From: a virus
Reading direction: 5' to 3' (one strand)
DNA: 64,000 nucleotides
IMG/VR virus record: IMGVR_UViG_3300045988_130225
Coordinates: 35,703 to 99,702 of that record
This document shows, in pieces, positions 56,628 through 64,000 of the stretch. The translations under genes were made by a program, and so were the position numbers. How positions within the stretch are numbered: position 1 is the stretch's first letter; every line of letters starts with the position of its first letter. The notes below the pieces were generated by a model, which had not been told where the DNA came from, made no database searches, and saw only the letters and a list, made by a program, of their open reading frames with translations.

Positions 56628-56654
56628 TAATTTATAATCTATCTGGAAAAGAAA

Positions 56655-56687
56655 AAGGATATGTATAAAAGCATATCCTTTTTTTTA
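56655..56687 (+). terminator. intrinsic terminator
   Basis: AAGGATATG...CATATCCTT followed by TTTTTT. Confidence 0.65.
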
Positions 56688-56720
56688 TTGTAAAAAATAT
56701 AAAAAAGTATAAATAAACCA

Positions 56721-56757
56721 TTGACATTTTAATGTTTATATGGTATATTATAACCAT
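56721..56757 (+). promoter_or_regulatory. sigma70 promoter with conserved TGGTATATTATAACCAT box
   Basis: TTGACA, 17 nt spacer, TATATT; box at 56741-56757. Confidence 0.6.
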
Positions 56758-56786
56758 AGAAATTACAACAAAGGAGAATGAAAGAT

Positions 56787-57062
56787 ATGAAAAAGATTTT
56801 ATTAACAGTTTTAGGAACAGCGGGATTTATTGGAATGTTTGCTTATTGCTGTACACTTGCAAACAGAACAGAAGTAATGACTTGTATTTCCTGTGAAGGT
56901 AATGATATTGTATCAACCTTTGAGGATGCAGACGGCAACTTGTGGGAATACGATCATTACTATGCTGTAGTTGGTGATGATTACAAGGTTACAATGCACG
57001 ATAATGATACAATCAATATTTATGACGATTTTATTGTTAAAGTTGTACCAGTAGAAGATTAA
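56787..57062 (+). CDS. membrane-anchored small protein
   Basis: ORF 56778..57062; second ATG better spaced from AAAGGAGA; N-terminal TM/signal KKILLTVLGTAGFIGMFAYCC. Confidence 0.55.
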   Translation: MKKILLTVLGTAGFIGMFAYCCTLANRTEVMTCISCEGNDIVSTFEDADGNLWEYDHYYAVVGDDYKVTMHDNDTINIYDDFIVKVVPVED

Positions 57063-57089
57063 AAAATCAAAAAAAGTTATAATATACCA

Positions 57090-57126
57090 TTGACAAAACT
57101 ATAAATCAGTGGTATATTATAACCAT
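57090..57126 (+). promoter_or_regulatory. sigma70 promoter with conserved TGGTATATTATAACCAT box
   Basis: TTGACA, 17 nt spacer, TATATT; box at 57110-57126. Confidence 0.6.
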
Positions 57127-57172
57127 AAGATTTAAGCCATTAAAGAAAACAATTAAAAAGGAGAAATCAAAA

Positions 57173-57838
57173 ATGAAAAACGAAAAGATTCTGGAAATGT
57201 TAAATAACGGCGAAATTGAGGAATTGAAGAAAGTAATCTCAGAGGAAATCTATAATAGTTCTCTGGATAAAAACGGTAATGCAAAATCCAGATATAAAGC
57301 AATGAAAGATTTTTATAAATTTCCTAGTGACAAAACAGATACAAGATTTTTAAAACCATGTAAAAAGTCTATAAGAGGGCAACTTTATAATTGTTTTTTA
57401 AGTTCTGATGTTTTGGTATGTACCAAAGAAAGCACTGGAAATATTGAACTGTATAACGAGAAAGAAGAAGCTAGGGAATGGTTTAATGTAGAAAAATTAA
57501 TTAATGCTAGTGACTTTGAAATTATTGAAGATATTGATTTTAATGATATTCTTTCAGAAGCTAAAAGCAAAGGATTTAAACCAGTAAAGCAAGAGATTCA
57601 ATACGGTAACTGCGCTAAGTATTATTTGCGTTTCAGAGATGCTTATTATAAAATAGGGCATCTAAATAAAGGTTATAGCATTATAGATGGTGGAAAGCAT
57701 CAAGAAGTATTTTATAATGATAAAGTATCACCATTATACATTTATAATTCCTTGGGAATAGTAATGTTATTGCCTGTAAGAATTGATATAGCTTTAAGAG
57801 ATAATAAAGATAAAGACTTTGTATACGTTGAAAGATAA
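57173..57838 (+). CDS. hypothetical protein
   Basis: 221 aa; AAAAGGAGAA RBS. Confidence 0.6.
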   Translation: MKNEKILEMLNNGEIEELKKVISEEIYNSSLDKNGNAKSRYKAMKDFYKFPSDKTDTRFLKPCKKSIRGQLYNCFLSSDVLVCTKESTGNIELYNEKEEAREWFNVEKLINASDFEIIEDIDFNDILSEAKSKGFKPVKQEIQYGNCAKYYLRFRDAYYKIGHLNKGYSIIDGGKHQEVFYNDKVSPLYIYNSLGIVMLLPVRIDIALRDNKDKDFVYVER

Positions 57839-57862
57839 AAAAAAGAAAAGAGGACAAAAACA

Positions 57863-58111
57863 ATGGCAGTATTAAAAAATGATGAACTGGAAGTAATGAA
57901 CAGAATCAATAAATTACTTTCACCGAATACGCAAGGATTTTTTGAATTGTATTTTAATCTCACAGAAGAACAGAAAGCAGATATAGTGAAGTTTACCAGG
58001 CTTATAGGAAAGTTGGAAAATGATAGGGATATGCAAAGGATAAGAACAAAATTAGCAAATAGAGAAAAGCGAAAAATCAATAAAGATTATGGGAGAAGAA
58101 AGCAGGCGTAA
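57863..58111 (+). CDS. hypothetical basic protein
   Basis: 82 aa; AGAGGA RBS. Confidence 0.55.
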   Translation: MAVLKNDELEVMNRINKLLSPNTQGFFELYFNLTEEQKADIVKFTRLIGKLENDRDMQRIRTKLANREKRKINKDYGRRKQA

Positions 58112-58129
58112 CGCTTGCTTTTCTTTTTT
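58100..58129 (+). terminator. intrinsic terminator overlapping the stop codon
   Basis: AAGCAGGCG-TAA-CGCTTGCTT followed by TTCTTTTTT. Confidence 0.6.
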
Positions 58130-58200
58130 GGTTTAATACCAGCTAAAATAACAGCGTTTAGATTTTAGATGATAAATGTATCATGTAACGTGCTAGAACT

Positions 58201-58230
58201 GCTTGTAGTGGCTTGTAGCGCGTTGTAGCT
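58201..58230 (+). repeat. three tandem 10-mers (one helical turn each)
   Basis: GCTTGTAGTG GCTTGTAGCG CGTTGTAGCT. Confidence 0.85.
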
Positions 58231-58341
58231 GTATCCTGATAATTGATTTATGTATTTTATTCCGGATGTTTGTATGTTATCCAATTATTGATAATATTAT
58301 AAAAAGCATAATAAAAATCATTATATTTTTTAAAATAAATA

Positions 58342-58370
58342 TTGACAAAGCATATAAAAAGTATTATAAT
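58342..58370 (+). promoter_or_regulatory. perfect-consensus sigma70 promoter with no obvious ORF downstream
   Basis: TTGACA, 17 nt spacer, TATAAT. Confidence 0.55.
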
Positions 58371-58509
58371 TAAGATAGTTAAAAAAGAATAGTTGTGGTG
58401 GAGAGTCCTAGCCCGGATATAGGAAAAACATTGAAGATACAATTTTTTAATTGTCTGATAATTTTAATGTTTCCTTATGCTATTCTAAACATTTATTTAT
58501 GATATTCCA

Positions 58510-58538
58510 TTGACTTTTATATATAAATTTGTTATACT
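58510..58538 (+). promoter_or_regulatory. sigma70-type promoter
   Basis: TTGACT, 17 nt spacer, TATACT. Confidence 0.5.
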
Positions 58539-58571
58539 TTATATAATTATAAAAAAGAGGGAAGTGAAAAG

Positions 58572-58718
58572 ATGTATTTTACAAAGGACTACAGACAACT
58601 TGATACTGTAGCATTGTATTTATTGTATAATAAGGATAGAAAACAGTATAAGACAGTATACAGCTTTAAACAGTGGTTAAACAAGTCTTTATTGACCGGA
58701 AGTATTAAAAGGCTGTAA
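58572..58718 (+). CDS. small hypothetical protein (48 aa)
   Basis: AGAGGGAAGTGAAAAG before the ATG; has its own promoter and terminator; below the ORF-track cutoff. Confidence 0.45.
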   Translation: MYFTKDYRQLDTVALYLLYNKDRKQYKTVYSFKQWLNKSLLTGSIKRL

Positions 58719-58765
58719 CAAGGTTTACAATCGTATATAAAGCCGATATAAAGCGAATAAAGCAT

Positions 58766-58813
58766 AGGCATAAACATAGGAATAAAATTTCTTGTGTTTA
58801 TGCCTGTTTTTTA
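58766..58813 (+). terminator. intrinsic terminator
   Basis: AGGCATAAACA...TGTTTATGCCT followed by GTTTTTTATTT. Confidence 0.7.
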
Positions 58814-59381
58814 TTTCAGAAAAATCAAATACAGAAAAGATCGTAGTTGTCCAGAATAAACCTATTAGAATAGTATGAATTATTACAAGCTAAAACTAGA
58901 CGTTTTAACACGTCAATAGTAATTTATTCAAATAAGTATGTAAAACGGCTAGAAACGGCTTGTAGCATGTTATAACATGGTTTAAATAGTTTTTAATCGG
59001 TCTGGAAGGTTGAAAACGGGCAGATTATCCGGTTATAGGTTATCTGGTTTACTGTATGGGAGTTTTTTAGTAAATGAAAAATACTGTTCAATTTTAAATG
59101 ACTTAAGGGAAATTTGAACTGAATTGTCAAATTGTTTGAAACAATTCACAATCGAACAAGTGTTCGGTGATTATCTTTCAGAATTTTCTGAAATTTCCCA
59201 GAGGTAAGAAATTCCCCCAGAATATGCGAGAATAATTTTTCCCCACGAAGTTAGTGGGGATTTTCGTTTTGGTAATAGCGAGATTTAAAAATTCCCCACG
59301 GAGTTTTTTAATTTATTTTTTTATTTTCTTTTATTTTCTTTATTGTTTAAACATTTTCTTTTATAATTTTTATCTTATCTA

Positions 59382-59410
59382 TTGACAAAATCTAATGTTT
59401 ATGTTATTCT
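59382..59410 (+). promoter_or_regulatory. sigma70-type promoter
   Basis: TTGACA, 17 nt spacer, TATTCT. Confidence 0.45.
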
Positions 59411-59456
59411 TTTGTATAGAAGTTATTAGTGTATAACGAAAGGAGAAAAATTTTTT

Positions 59457-59942
59457 ATGAAAATGGAAATAGTTTTGACTGAGAAAGAGATTGAAAATTT
59501 ACCATATATAAGTAAGGGTGAGATTATTAATAATTGTGATTTTTGCATTGAAATCAATAAATTTTTAAGACATATAATACCTATTGAAATTAATAAAGAA
59601 AAATATTGTAGGTGTAATGGTTGTAATGAAAATATTAATGTTGCTTTTTATGTAGAAAAAGAACTTAGCAAGAAAGAATATTTCCGTAGATTTATTGAAG
59701 AACCTTTTTATAAAAATATTTGCGATTCTTATGTAAAGATTTTAAACTGTGGTGTTATATTTATTGATGAAACAAGTTCAGACAAAGAAATAAAGTATTT
59801 TATTAAACAAGCTATCAATCCAGAAGTAATGTTTGAAGGAAATTTCAAAGATTTTAAATTTAACGAGCAACTTGATAAAACTTTAGACCTTACTGAAACT
59901 GTTGAAAAAAGATGGTTCGTATGTGTTGAAAGCATATTATAG
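59457..59942 (+). CDS. Cys-rich hypothetical protein
   Basis: 161 aa; GAAAGGAGAA RBS; CDFC...CRCNGC. Confidence 0.55.
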   Translation: MKMEIVLTEKEIENLPYISKGEIINNCDFCIEINKFLRHIIPIEINKEKYCRCNGCNENINVAFYVEKELSKKEYFRRFIEEPFYKNICDSYVKILNCGVIFIDETSSDKEIKYFIKQAINPEVMFEGNFKDFKFNEQLDKTLDLTETVEKRWFVCVESIL

Positions 59943-60008
59943 AGTATATAAGACATTAAGAAATCCAAAACGGTTTTTAATATAAAAAGTATGAAAGGAA
60001 TATAAAAA

Positions 60009-60584
60009 GTGGAAACTACCCCCTCTATTGATAGAAAGAAACTAGCAGAAGAAAACCACAATCTTATCTATTGGTTTTGTTGGAAAAATCATTTAGATAT
60101 AGAAGAGTGGTATGATATAATTGCTATTGGATATATGAAAGGTATTAATTCTTATGACGAAACAAAAGGTGTTAAATTAAGCACTTACTTAATTAAAATA
60201 ATGAAAAATGAATATCTGCTAGTATTAAGAAATAAAAAATATGCTAAGTATATTCCAGACGAAGAGATTTTATCTTTGGATTTTGAATATAAATTTGATA
60301 AAGATAAAGAGAGTTATAATATTTTAGATTTTATTGTAAATGAAAATTCGTTTTTTGAAAATGATGTTTGCTTTAAGATTGATATTAAAAAAGTATTTAG
60401 TGAATTGAAAATTTCAAAACGAAATTATGAAATTTTCATAATGAGATTACAAGGTGATACATTAGAGAAAATAGCTTCTGAATTTGGAATAACAAGAGAA
60501 AGAGTTAGAATAATATGTAAAGATATAGGGAAAAAATTGAAATGTAAATTAGACGAAAATGGAGTTGATTATTTTGAAAACTAA
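60009..60584 (+). CDS. sigma-70 family (group 4-like) sigma factor
   Basis: 191 aa (GTG start); region-2-like N-terminus and region-4 HTH LQGDTLEKIASEFGITRERVRIICKD. Confidence 0.7.
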   Translation: METTPSIDRKKLAEENHNLIYWFCWKNHLDIEEWYDIIAIGYMKGINSYDETKGVKLSTYLIKIMKNEYLLVLRNKKYAKYIPDEEILSLDFEYKFDKDKESYNILDFIVNENSFFENDVCFKIDIKKVFSELKISKRNYEIFIMRLQGDTLEKIASEFGITRERVRIICKDIGKKLKCKLDENGVDYFEN

Positions 60585-61020
60585 AAAAAGACCTTTGAAT
60601 TTTGATAGTGCTGATGAATATTTAAGTTATAAACGTAGACTATTAGATGAAAAAGATGAAGAAGAGCAAAAAAAGAATCCGACTTTTAATGTTTATTCTT
60701 TTTATTTTAGTTATCTTGATAGTGAAACCAATCGTAGGCGAGTGGCAAAACCTATTAATATTGCCGCTGAAACTCAATATGAAGCAGAACAGATATTTGA
60801 AATTTGGGCTGAATTTCACAGTATAAAAAACGTAAGTTTTAGAAATATCACAGAAGTATTTTGGGTGACACGTAGTTCTGATACAGCAAGTCAGAATATT
60901 AATTTTGCTTACGATTATAGTAAAAAAGAAATCACAGAGGTTTATCAAGATGATTACTTAGAATGGTACTGGAATCATGTAGACACTTGGAATACGGAAG
61001 GAGATAAATTTGGCAGGTAG
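60559..61020 (+). CDS. hypothetical protein (start uncertain)
   Basis: 153 aa ORF overlapping the end of the sigma gene. Confidence 0.45.
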   Translation: MELIILKTKKRPLNFDSADEYLSYKRRLLDEKDEEEQKKNPTFNVYSFYFSYLDSETNRRRVAKPINIAAETQYEAEQIFEIWAEFHSIKNVSFRNITEVFWVTRSSDTASQNINFAYDYSKKEITEVYQDDYLEWYWNHVDTWNTEGDKFGR

Positions 61021-61585
61021 AGCATTAATGGCTAGGCGTAGAGCAAATAAAAAACGCAGTGAAACAATGAAGAAGAATAGGAAATATACAGTAGACGTTA
61101 ATAGACGTATTGTACTCTTTTCTACTTATTTATATCCTAACTTTTTATGTTTTGTTTTAAAGTCAAAGAAGTATGATGATACACATTTACTGTTAAAAGT
61201 GGCAACACTTAACTCAGATTATAGTGTTAAACTTGATGAAGAAGTAAAAGATTTAATTGTGGAAACAGAAAAAATAAAAGTTCTCTGGCAAGGTGAAGCT
61301 AAATTAGCAAGGGAAAAATTAGACAAGATATTTAGATATGTTGAAGATATAACTTATAAAGAAAAGGCAGAAGCTAGACGAAAAATGATGAAACGTCTGA
61401 ATAATTTATACTGCCCTAAGTGCGGTAAACGTAGAGTGTCTATTACTTATCCAATGTATAATAATGCTTATCTTCATTGCAAGATTTGTGATTATGATAT
61501 TACTAGGATATTTATTGCAGAAATTCCTTTAATTAGAGAATTTCTTGAAAGAAATAAAGATAAGAAAGATAAAAAATGTTTTTAA
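61010..61585 (+). CDS. hypothetical zinc-ribbon protein (start uncertain)
   Basis: 191 aa; CPKCG...CKICD. Confidence 0.45.
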   Translation: MAGRALMARRRANKKRSETMKKNRKYTVDVNRRIVLFSTYLYPNFLCFVLKSKKYDDTHLLLKVATLNSDYSVKLDEEVKDLIVETEKIKVLWQGEAKLAREKLDKIFRYVEDITYKEKAEARRKMMKRLNNLYCPKCGKRRVSITYPMYNNAYLHCKICDYDITRIFIAEIPLIREFLERNKDKKDKKCF

Positions 61586-61626
61586 CAAAAATGTAATACT
61601 TTTTATAAGAAAATGTAGCATAGGTA

Positions 61627-61655
61627 TTGACAAAAATCAGTATCTATGCTATTAT
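61627..61655 (+). promoter_or_regulatory. sigma70-type promoter
   Basis: TTGACA, 17 nt spacer, TATTAT. Confidence 0.5.
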
Positions 61656-61686
61656 TTATGTATAAAAACAAAGGAGAATAAAAGTT

Positions 61687-62490
61687 ATGACAAATATTAC
61701 AAGATTTTTAAATGGTTTAAAGAGTGAACATACAAAGGTAGCATACGAGAATGATTTAAAACAGTTCTTTGATTTTACTGGTAAAGACGAAACTGAAATC
61801 ACTTATGCTGATATTTACGATTACAAAGTGTCTATGAGTGAGTACAGCAGTGCTACAACAGCACGTAAACTGACAGCTATTAAATCCTATTTCAATTTTC
61901 TTTCTGACATGGAATTTATTTCTACTAATCCTTCTGCTAAAATCAAAATTCCAAAAGTAAAGAATCACGAAAAAGAATATATCCCTATGGACGAAGCAAA
62001 GAAATTATTAGGCGTTGCTAAATCCCCTAGAGATAAAGCTATCATTGCATTATACCTTTCAACTGGTATGCGAGTTAATGAACTGGTAAATTTAACTGTA
62101 GAGCAGTATGAGAAAGATGAAATCGTATTCGTTGCTAAAGGTGACAAGGAAAGAAAAGTATATCTTAATGATAAATGCAGAGGATATATTGACGAATACT
62201 TAAAGGTTCGTAAAGATAGTGGTATTGATAATCTGTTTGTAAGCAATTATGGCACTCCTATGCGACATGATTTAATTGCTAAAATGTTAAAGAAAAACGC
62301 TAAAAAAGCAGGGATAAGTGAGGATATAACTAATCATAGTTTACGCCATTCGTTCATATCGGCTGTAACTTTAACAAGTGGTGTTGCTGTAGCAAGAGAG
62401 GTTGTGGGGCATGTAAATCTTTCTACGACCCAGAGATATGTGCATAATACTGAGGAAACTATTAAAAATGCCATGGTATCTGTTTTTTAA
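61687..62490 (+). CDS. Xer-like tyrosine recombinase (short, no arm-binding domain)
   Basis: 267 aa; SAM-like N-domain, GMRVNEL (Arg), HSLRHSF (H-x-x-R), GHVNLSTTQRYVH (His...Tyr). Confidence 0.8.
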   Translation: MTNITRFLNGLKSEHTKVAYENDLKQFFDFTGKDETEITYADIYDYKVSMSEYSSATTARKLTAIKSYFNFLSDMEFISTNPSAKIKIPKVKNHEKEYIPMDEAKKLLGVAKSPRDKAIIALYLSTGMRVNELVNLTVEQYEKDEIVFVAKGDKERKVYLNDKCRGYIDEYLKVRKDSGIDNLFVSNYGTPMRHDLIAKMLKKNAKKAGISEDITNHSLRHSFISAVTLTSGVAVAREVVGHVNLSTTQRYVHNTEETIKNAMVSVF

Positions 62491-62499
62491 GAGGTGAAT

Positions 62500-62682
62500 A
62501 TGACACGAGATTATGAAAAATTATTAAGAGCAAAAATGCTTTTAGTTAAAGTACAAAACATTGTTTTCTTTTTTTCTGATGAGATAATTTCACCAGAAGA
62601 AAAGAAAACTTTGATTAAAAGCATAGAAAATTTAATTCAATTTTTGGAACTAAAATGTGATAAGTTTGGTGAAAGTAGGTGA
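62500..62682 (+). CDS. small hypothetical protein
   Basis: ORF 62494..62682; ATG at 62500 after AGAGGTGA. Confidence 0.45.
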   Translation: MTRDYEKLLRAKMLLVKVQNIVFFFSDEIISPEEKKTLIKSIENLIQFLELKCDKFGESR

Positions 62683-62748
62683 ACCTATATATGGAAGTTT
62701 ATGAATTGTGGTATGAGTTAGTAAAAAAGAGATAAAGGAGTTTGAATA

Positions 62749-63210
62749 TTGAAGTCAATAATTTATAAGATGAAACTACTTGTAGCCGTTTTAACCATGT
62801 GCTACTTGTTTGTAACTACGTCATTTGCAGACGAAATGACTAAATTGAATCCGTATGACGAAATTGAAATTTCAGAAGAAGATATAGACCTAATGAGCCG
62901 CTTGGTCTACTGTGAATCAAGAGGCGAAAGCACTGAGGGCCAACGTGCAGTAGCAGAAGTGGTATTAAATCGTTGCCTTAGTAGTGATTTTCCAGATAAC
63001 GTGAATGATGTTATTTATCAGAGAAAACAGTTTTCTACAGCTAAAATGTTAAGTAAGACAACGCCTAATGAAGAAAATATTGAAGCTGTAAGATATGTTT
63101 TAGAAAATGGAAATACATCACTATCAACAACTGAATATGTTTATTTTTCTACGGGTAAATCTAATGGTCACGGGTTTACTAAGTTAGGTAATCATTGGTT
63201 TTCTAAGTGA
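62749..63210 (+). CDS. SleB-type cell wall hydrolase with signal peptide
   Basis: 153 aa (TTG start); LVYCESRGES..GQRAVAEVVLNR.. Hydrolase_2 motif; hydrophobic N-terminus ending FADE. Confidence 0.7.
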   Translation: MKSIIYKMKLLVAVLTMCYLFVTTSFADEMTKLNPYDEIEISEEDIDLMSRLVYCESRGESTEGQRAVAEVVLNRCLSSDFPDNVNDVIYQRKQFSTAKMLSKTTPNEENIEAVRYVLENGNTSLSTTEYVYFSTGKSNGHGFTKLGNHWFSK

Positions 63211-63217
63211 GGACAAT

Positions 63218-63466
63218 ATGGAAAGAATATATTATAGAGTAAAATTTAACAGTAAAGATGATTTGTTTCAGTTTAATAAGTGGGCTGATAGTTGCAATTA
63301 TAATATTGATATTAGGTACAACAGTAAAGTTTTAAATGGTAAATCCTTAATTGGTCTTATGGGAACGGATATTTCTAATCCTATTATTGTTATTTTGTAT
63401 ACCGATAATGCTAATGATTTTGTTGAGAAATTTAGTAATATTATCCTTGACAAAATTGTAATGTAG
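63218..63466 (+). CDS. HPr-like domain protein lacking the His15 motif
   Basis: 82 aa; RYNSKVLNGKSLIGLMGTDISNPIIVILYTDNANDFVEKF aligns with B. subtilis HPr [39 protein letters not shown]. Confidence 0.5.
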   Translation: MERIYYRVKFNSKDDLFQFNKWADSCNYNIDIRYNSKVLNGKSLIGLMGTDISNPIIVILYTDNANDFVEKFSNIILDKIVM

Positions 63467-63475
63467 TGGTATTAT
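63447..63475 (+). promoter_or_regulatory. sigma70-type promoter
   Basis: TTGACA, 17 nt spacer, TGgTATTAT. Confidence 0.5.
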
Positions 63476-63510
63476 TACTATATAAATCAATAGGAAAGGA
63501 GAAAATCAAT

Positions 63511-63783
63511 TTGCCAAGAACCAGTAAAAAGCAGAAAGTAATCAATCAAATTACAGAAAACTTGAAGCAAAAAGAAAAAGAAATTGCTATCAATGCGGCT
63601 ATGGGTGGTTATTATTCTGCAATTAAAATTGTACAAGACATGATTACAAAAGGTAAAACCATTGCAGACCTTAGTACATTCTGTGCCGCTGAGTTGTCAA
63701 GAAAAGAAATAGTAGAACAGGGAACTAAAAGTAATTATTTAAAATCAAATAAAGAAATCAAAGGAGGAAAGATAAGTAACTAA
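63511..63783 (+). CDS. hypothetical protein (TTG start)
   Basis: ORF 63466..63783; the promoter at 63447 forces a start downstream; AAGGAGA lies 7 nt before the TTG at 63511. Confidence 0.45.
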   Translation: MPRTSKKQKVINQITENLKQKEKEIAINAAMGGYYSAIKIVQDMITKGKTIADLSTFCAAELSRKEIVEQGTKSNYLKSNKEIKGGKISN

Positions 63784-64000
63784 AAATACAATTAAATGTG
63801 AACAAATAGGTTCAAATATACTCAAAATCCAGAGTATTCGTTTGTGCTAACGTCAAAGCAGTCGGAAACGTCGAGAAGTAACCAGTGCAAGTTGGAACAG
63901 CCTTGCTAATTATAGGATAGAACCTTGATGGTGGCGTTTGGACAATGGTAGAAGTCTACGAAAACCAAGTAGCAAAACATAAAATATTAAGAAAGGAAAA

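Noticed and set aside
58257-58777. Two minus-strand ORFs (61 and 62 aa) in the second ORF-poor region
   Set aside because: They have no RBS and AT-driven I/F/Y/N-rich translations. They run antisense to promoter and terminator elements and to the RBS-led 48 aa gene.
59165-59210. Possible solo TnpB right-end relic: hairpin TTCAGA-ATTT-TCTGAA then ..CCCAGAGGTAAG, sharing CAGAGGTAAG with the element 3 junction
   Set aside because: Only a 10-mer match plus a generic hairpin was found. There is no further similarity to the element 2 or 3 scaffolds, so this could be chance in 64 kb of AT-rich DNA.
63784-64000. GC-richer ORF-free stretch of about 215 nt at the window edge with small hairpins (TGAAC/GTTCA, GCAAG/CTTGC, GTAGA/TCTAC), ending in an RBS-like AAGAAAGGAAAA
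   Set aside because: It is probably the leader of a gene beyond the window. I recognise no riboswitch or T-box signature, and it is truncated by the window edge.

Overview
This window is an AT-rich segment of a large tailed-phage or prophage genome. GGAGG-type ribosome binding sites (RBS), many TTGACA-N17-TATAAT promoters, an XhlA/holin-type lysis cassette and a SleB-like hydrolase point to a low-GC Gram-positive, Clostridia-like host.

Architecture: two divergent arms meet at about 37.4-38.1 kb.
- The minus-strand arm (1-37.4 kb) reads, from 37.4 kb downwards: an early block containing a YonO/RdRP-like single-subunit RNA polymerase candidate, two HU-like proteins, a TerS-like gene, TerL, portal, protease/scaffold, capsid, connector genes, major tail protein, a non-structural island (Cys-rich ORF, orphan MazF, XhlA-like, holin), RuvC-like resolvase, a 1554 aa tape measure, and baseplate/fibre genes.
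- The plus-strand arm (38-64 kb) is a chain of small, individually promoted and terminated early or accessory genes. It includes a paralog pair, a P-loop kinase, a ThyX-like protein, tRNA-Gln and tRNA-Met, a split HNH endonuclease, a frameshifted and rearranged C5-methyltransferase, two HPr-like proteins, a ParB/DUF262-fold protein, a sigma factor, a Xer-like recombinase and a SleB-like hydrolase.

Three TnpB (IS200/IS605-type) elements are present. One of them appears to be an IStron, meaning a group I intron fused to tnpB, sitting in the last codons of the gene upstream of terL.

The most unexplained content is non-coding:
- a 3.2 kb ORF-free region (49.5-52.6 kb) containing a C-free block and a G-free block of about 450 nt each in mirror arrangement, plus palindromes and iteron-like repeats;
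- a second ORF-poor region (58.1-59.5 kb) that shares short motifs with the first;
- a promoter-driven, roughly 730 nt structured ORF-free segment abutting tRNA-Gln;
- a GC-rich nested-helix element in the divergent control region.

All calls come from reading the sequence and recalling protein motifs. No database search was run.
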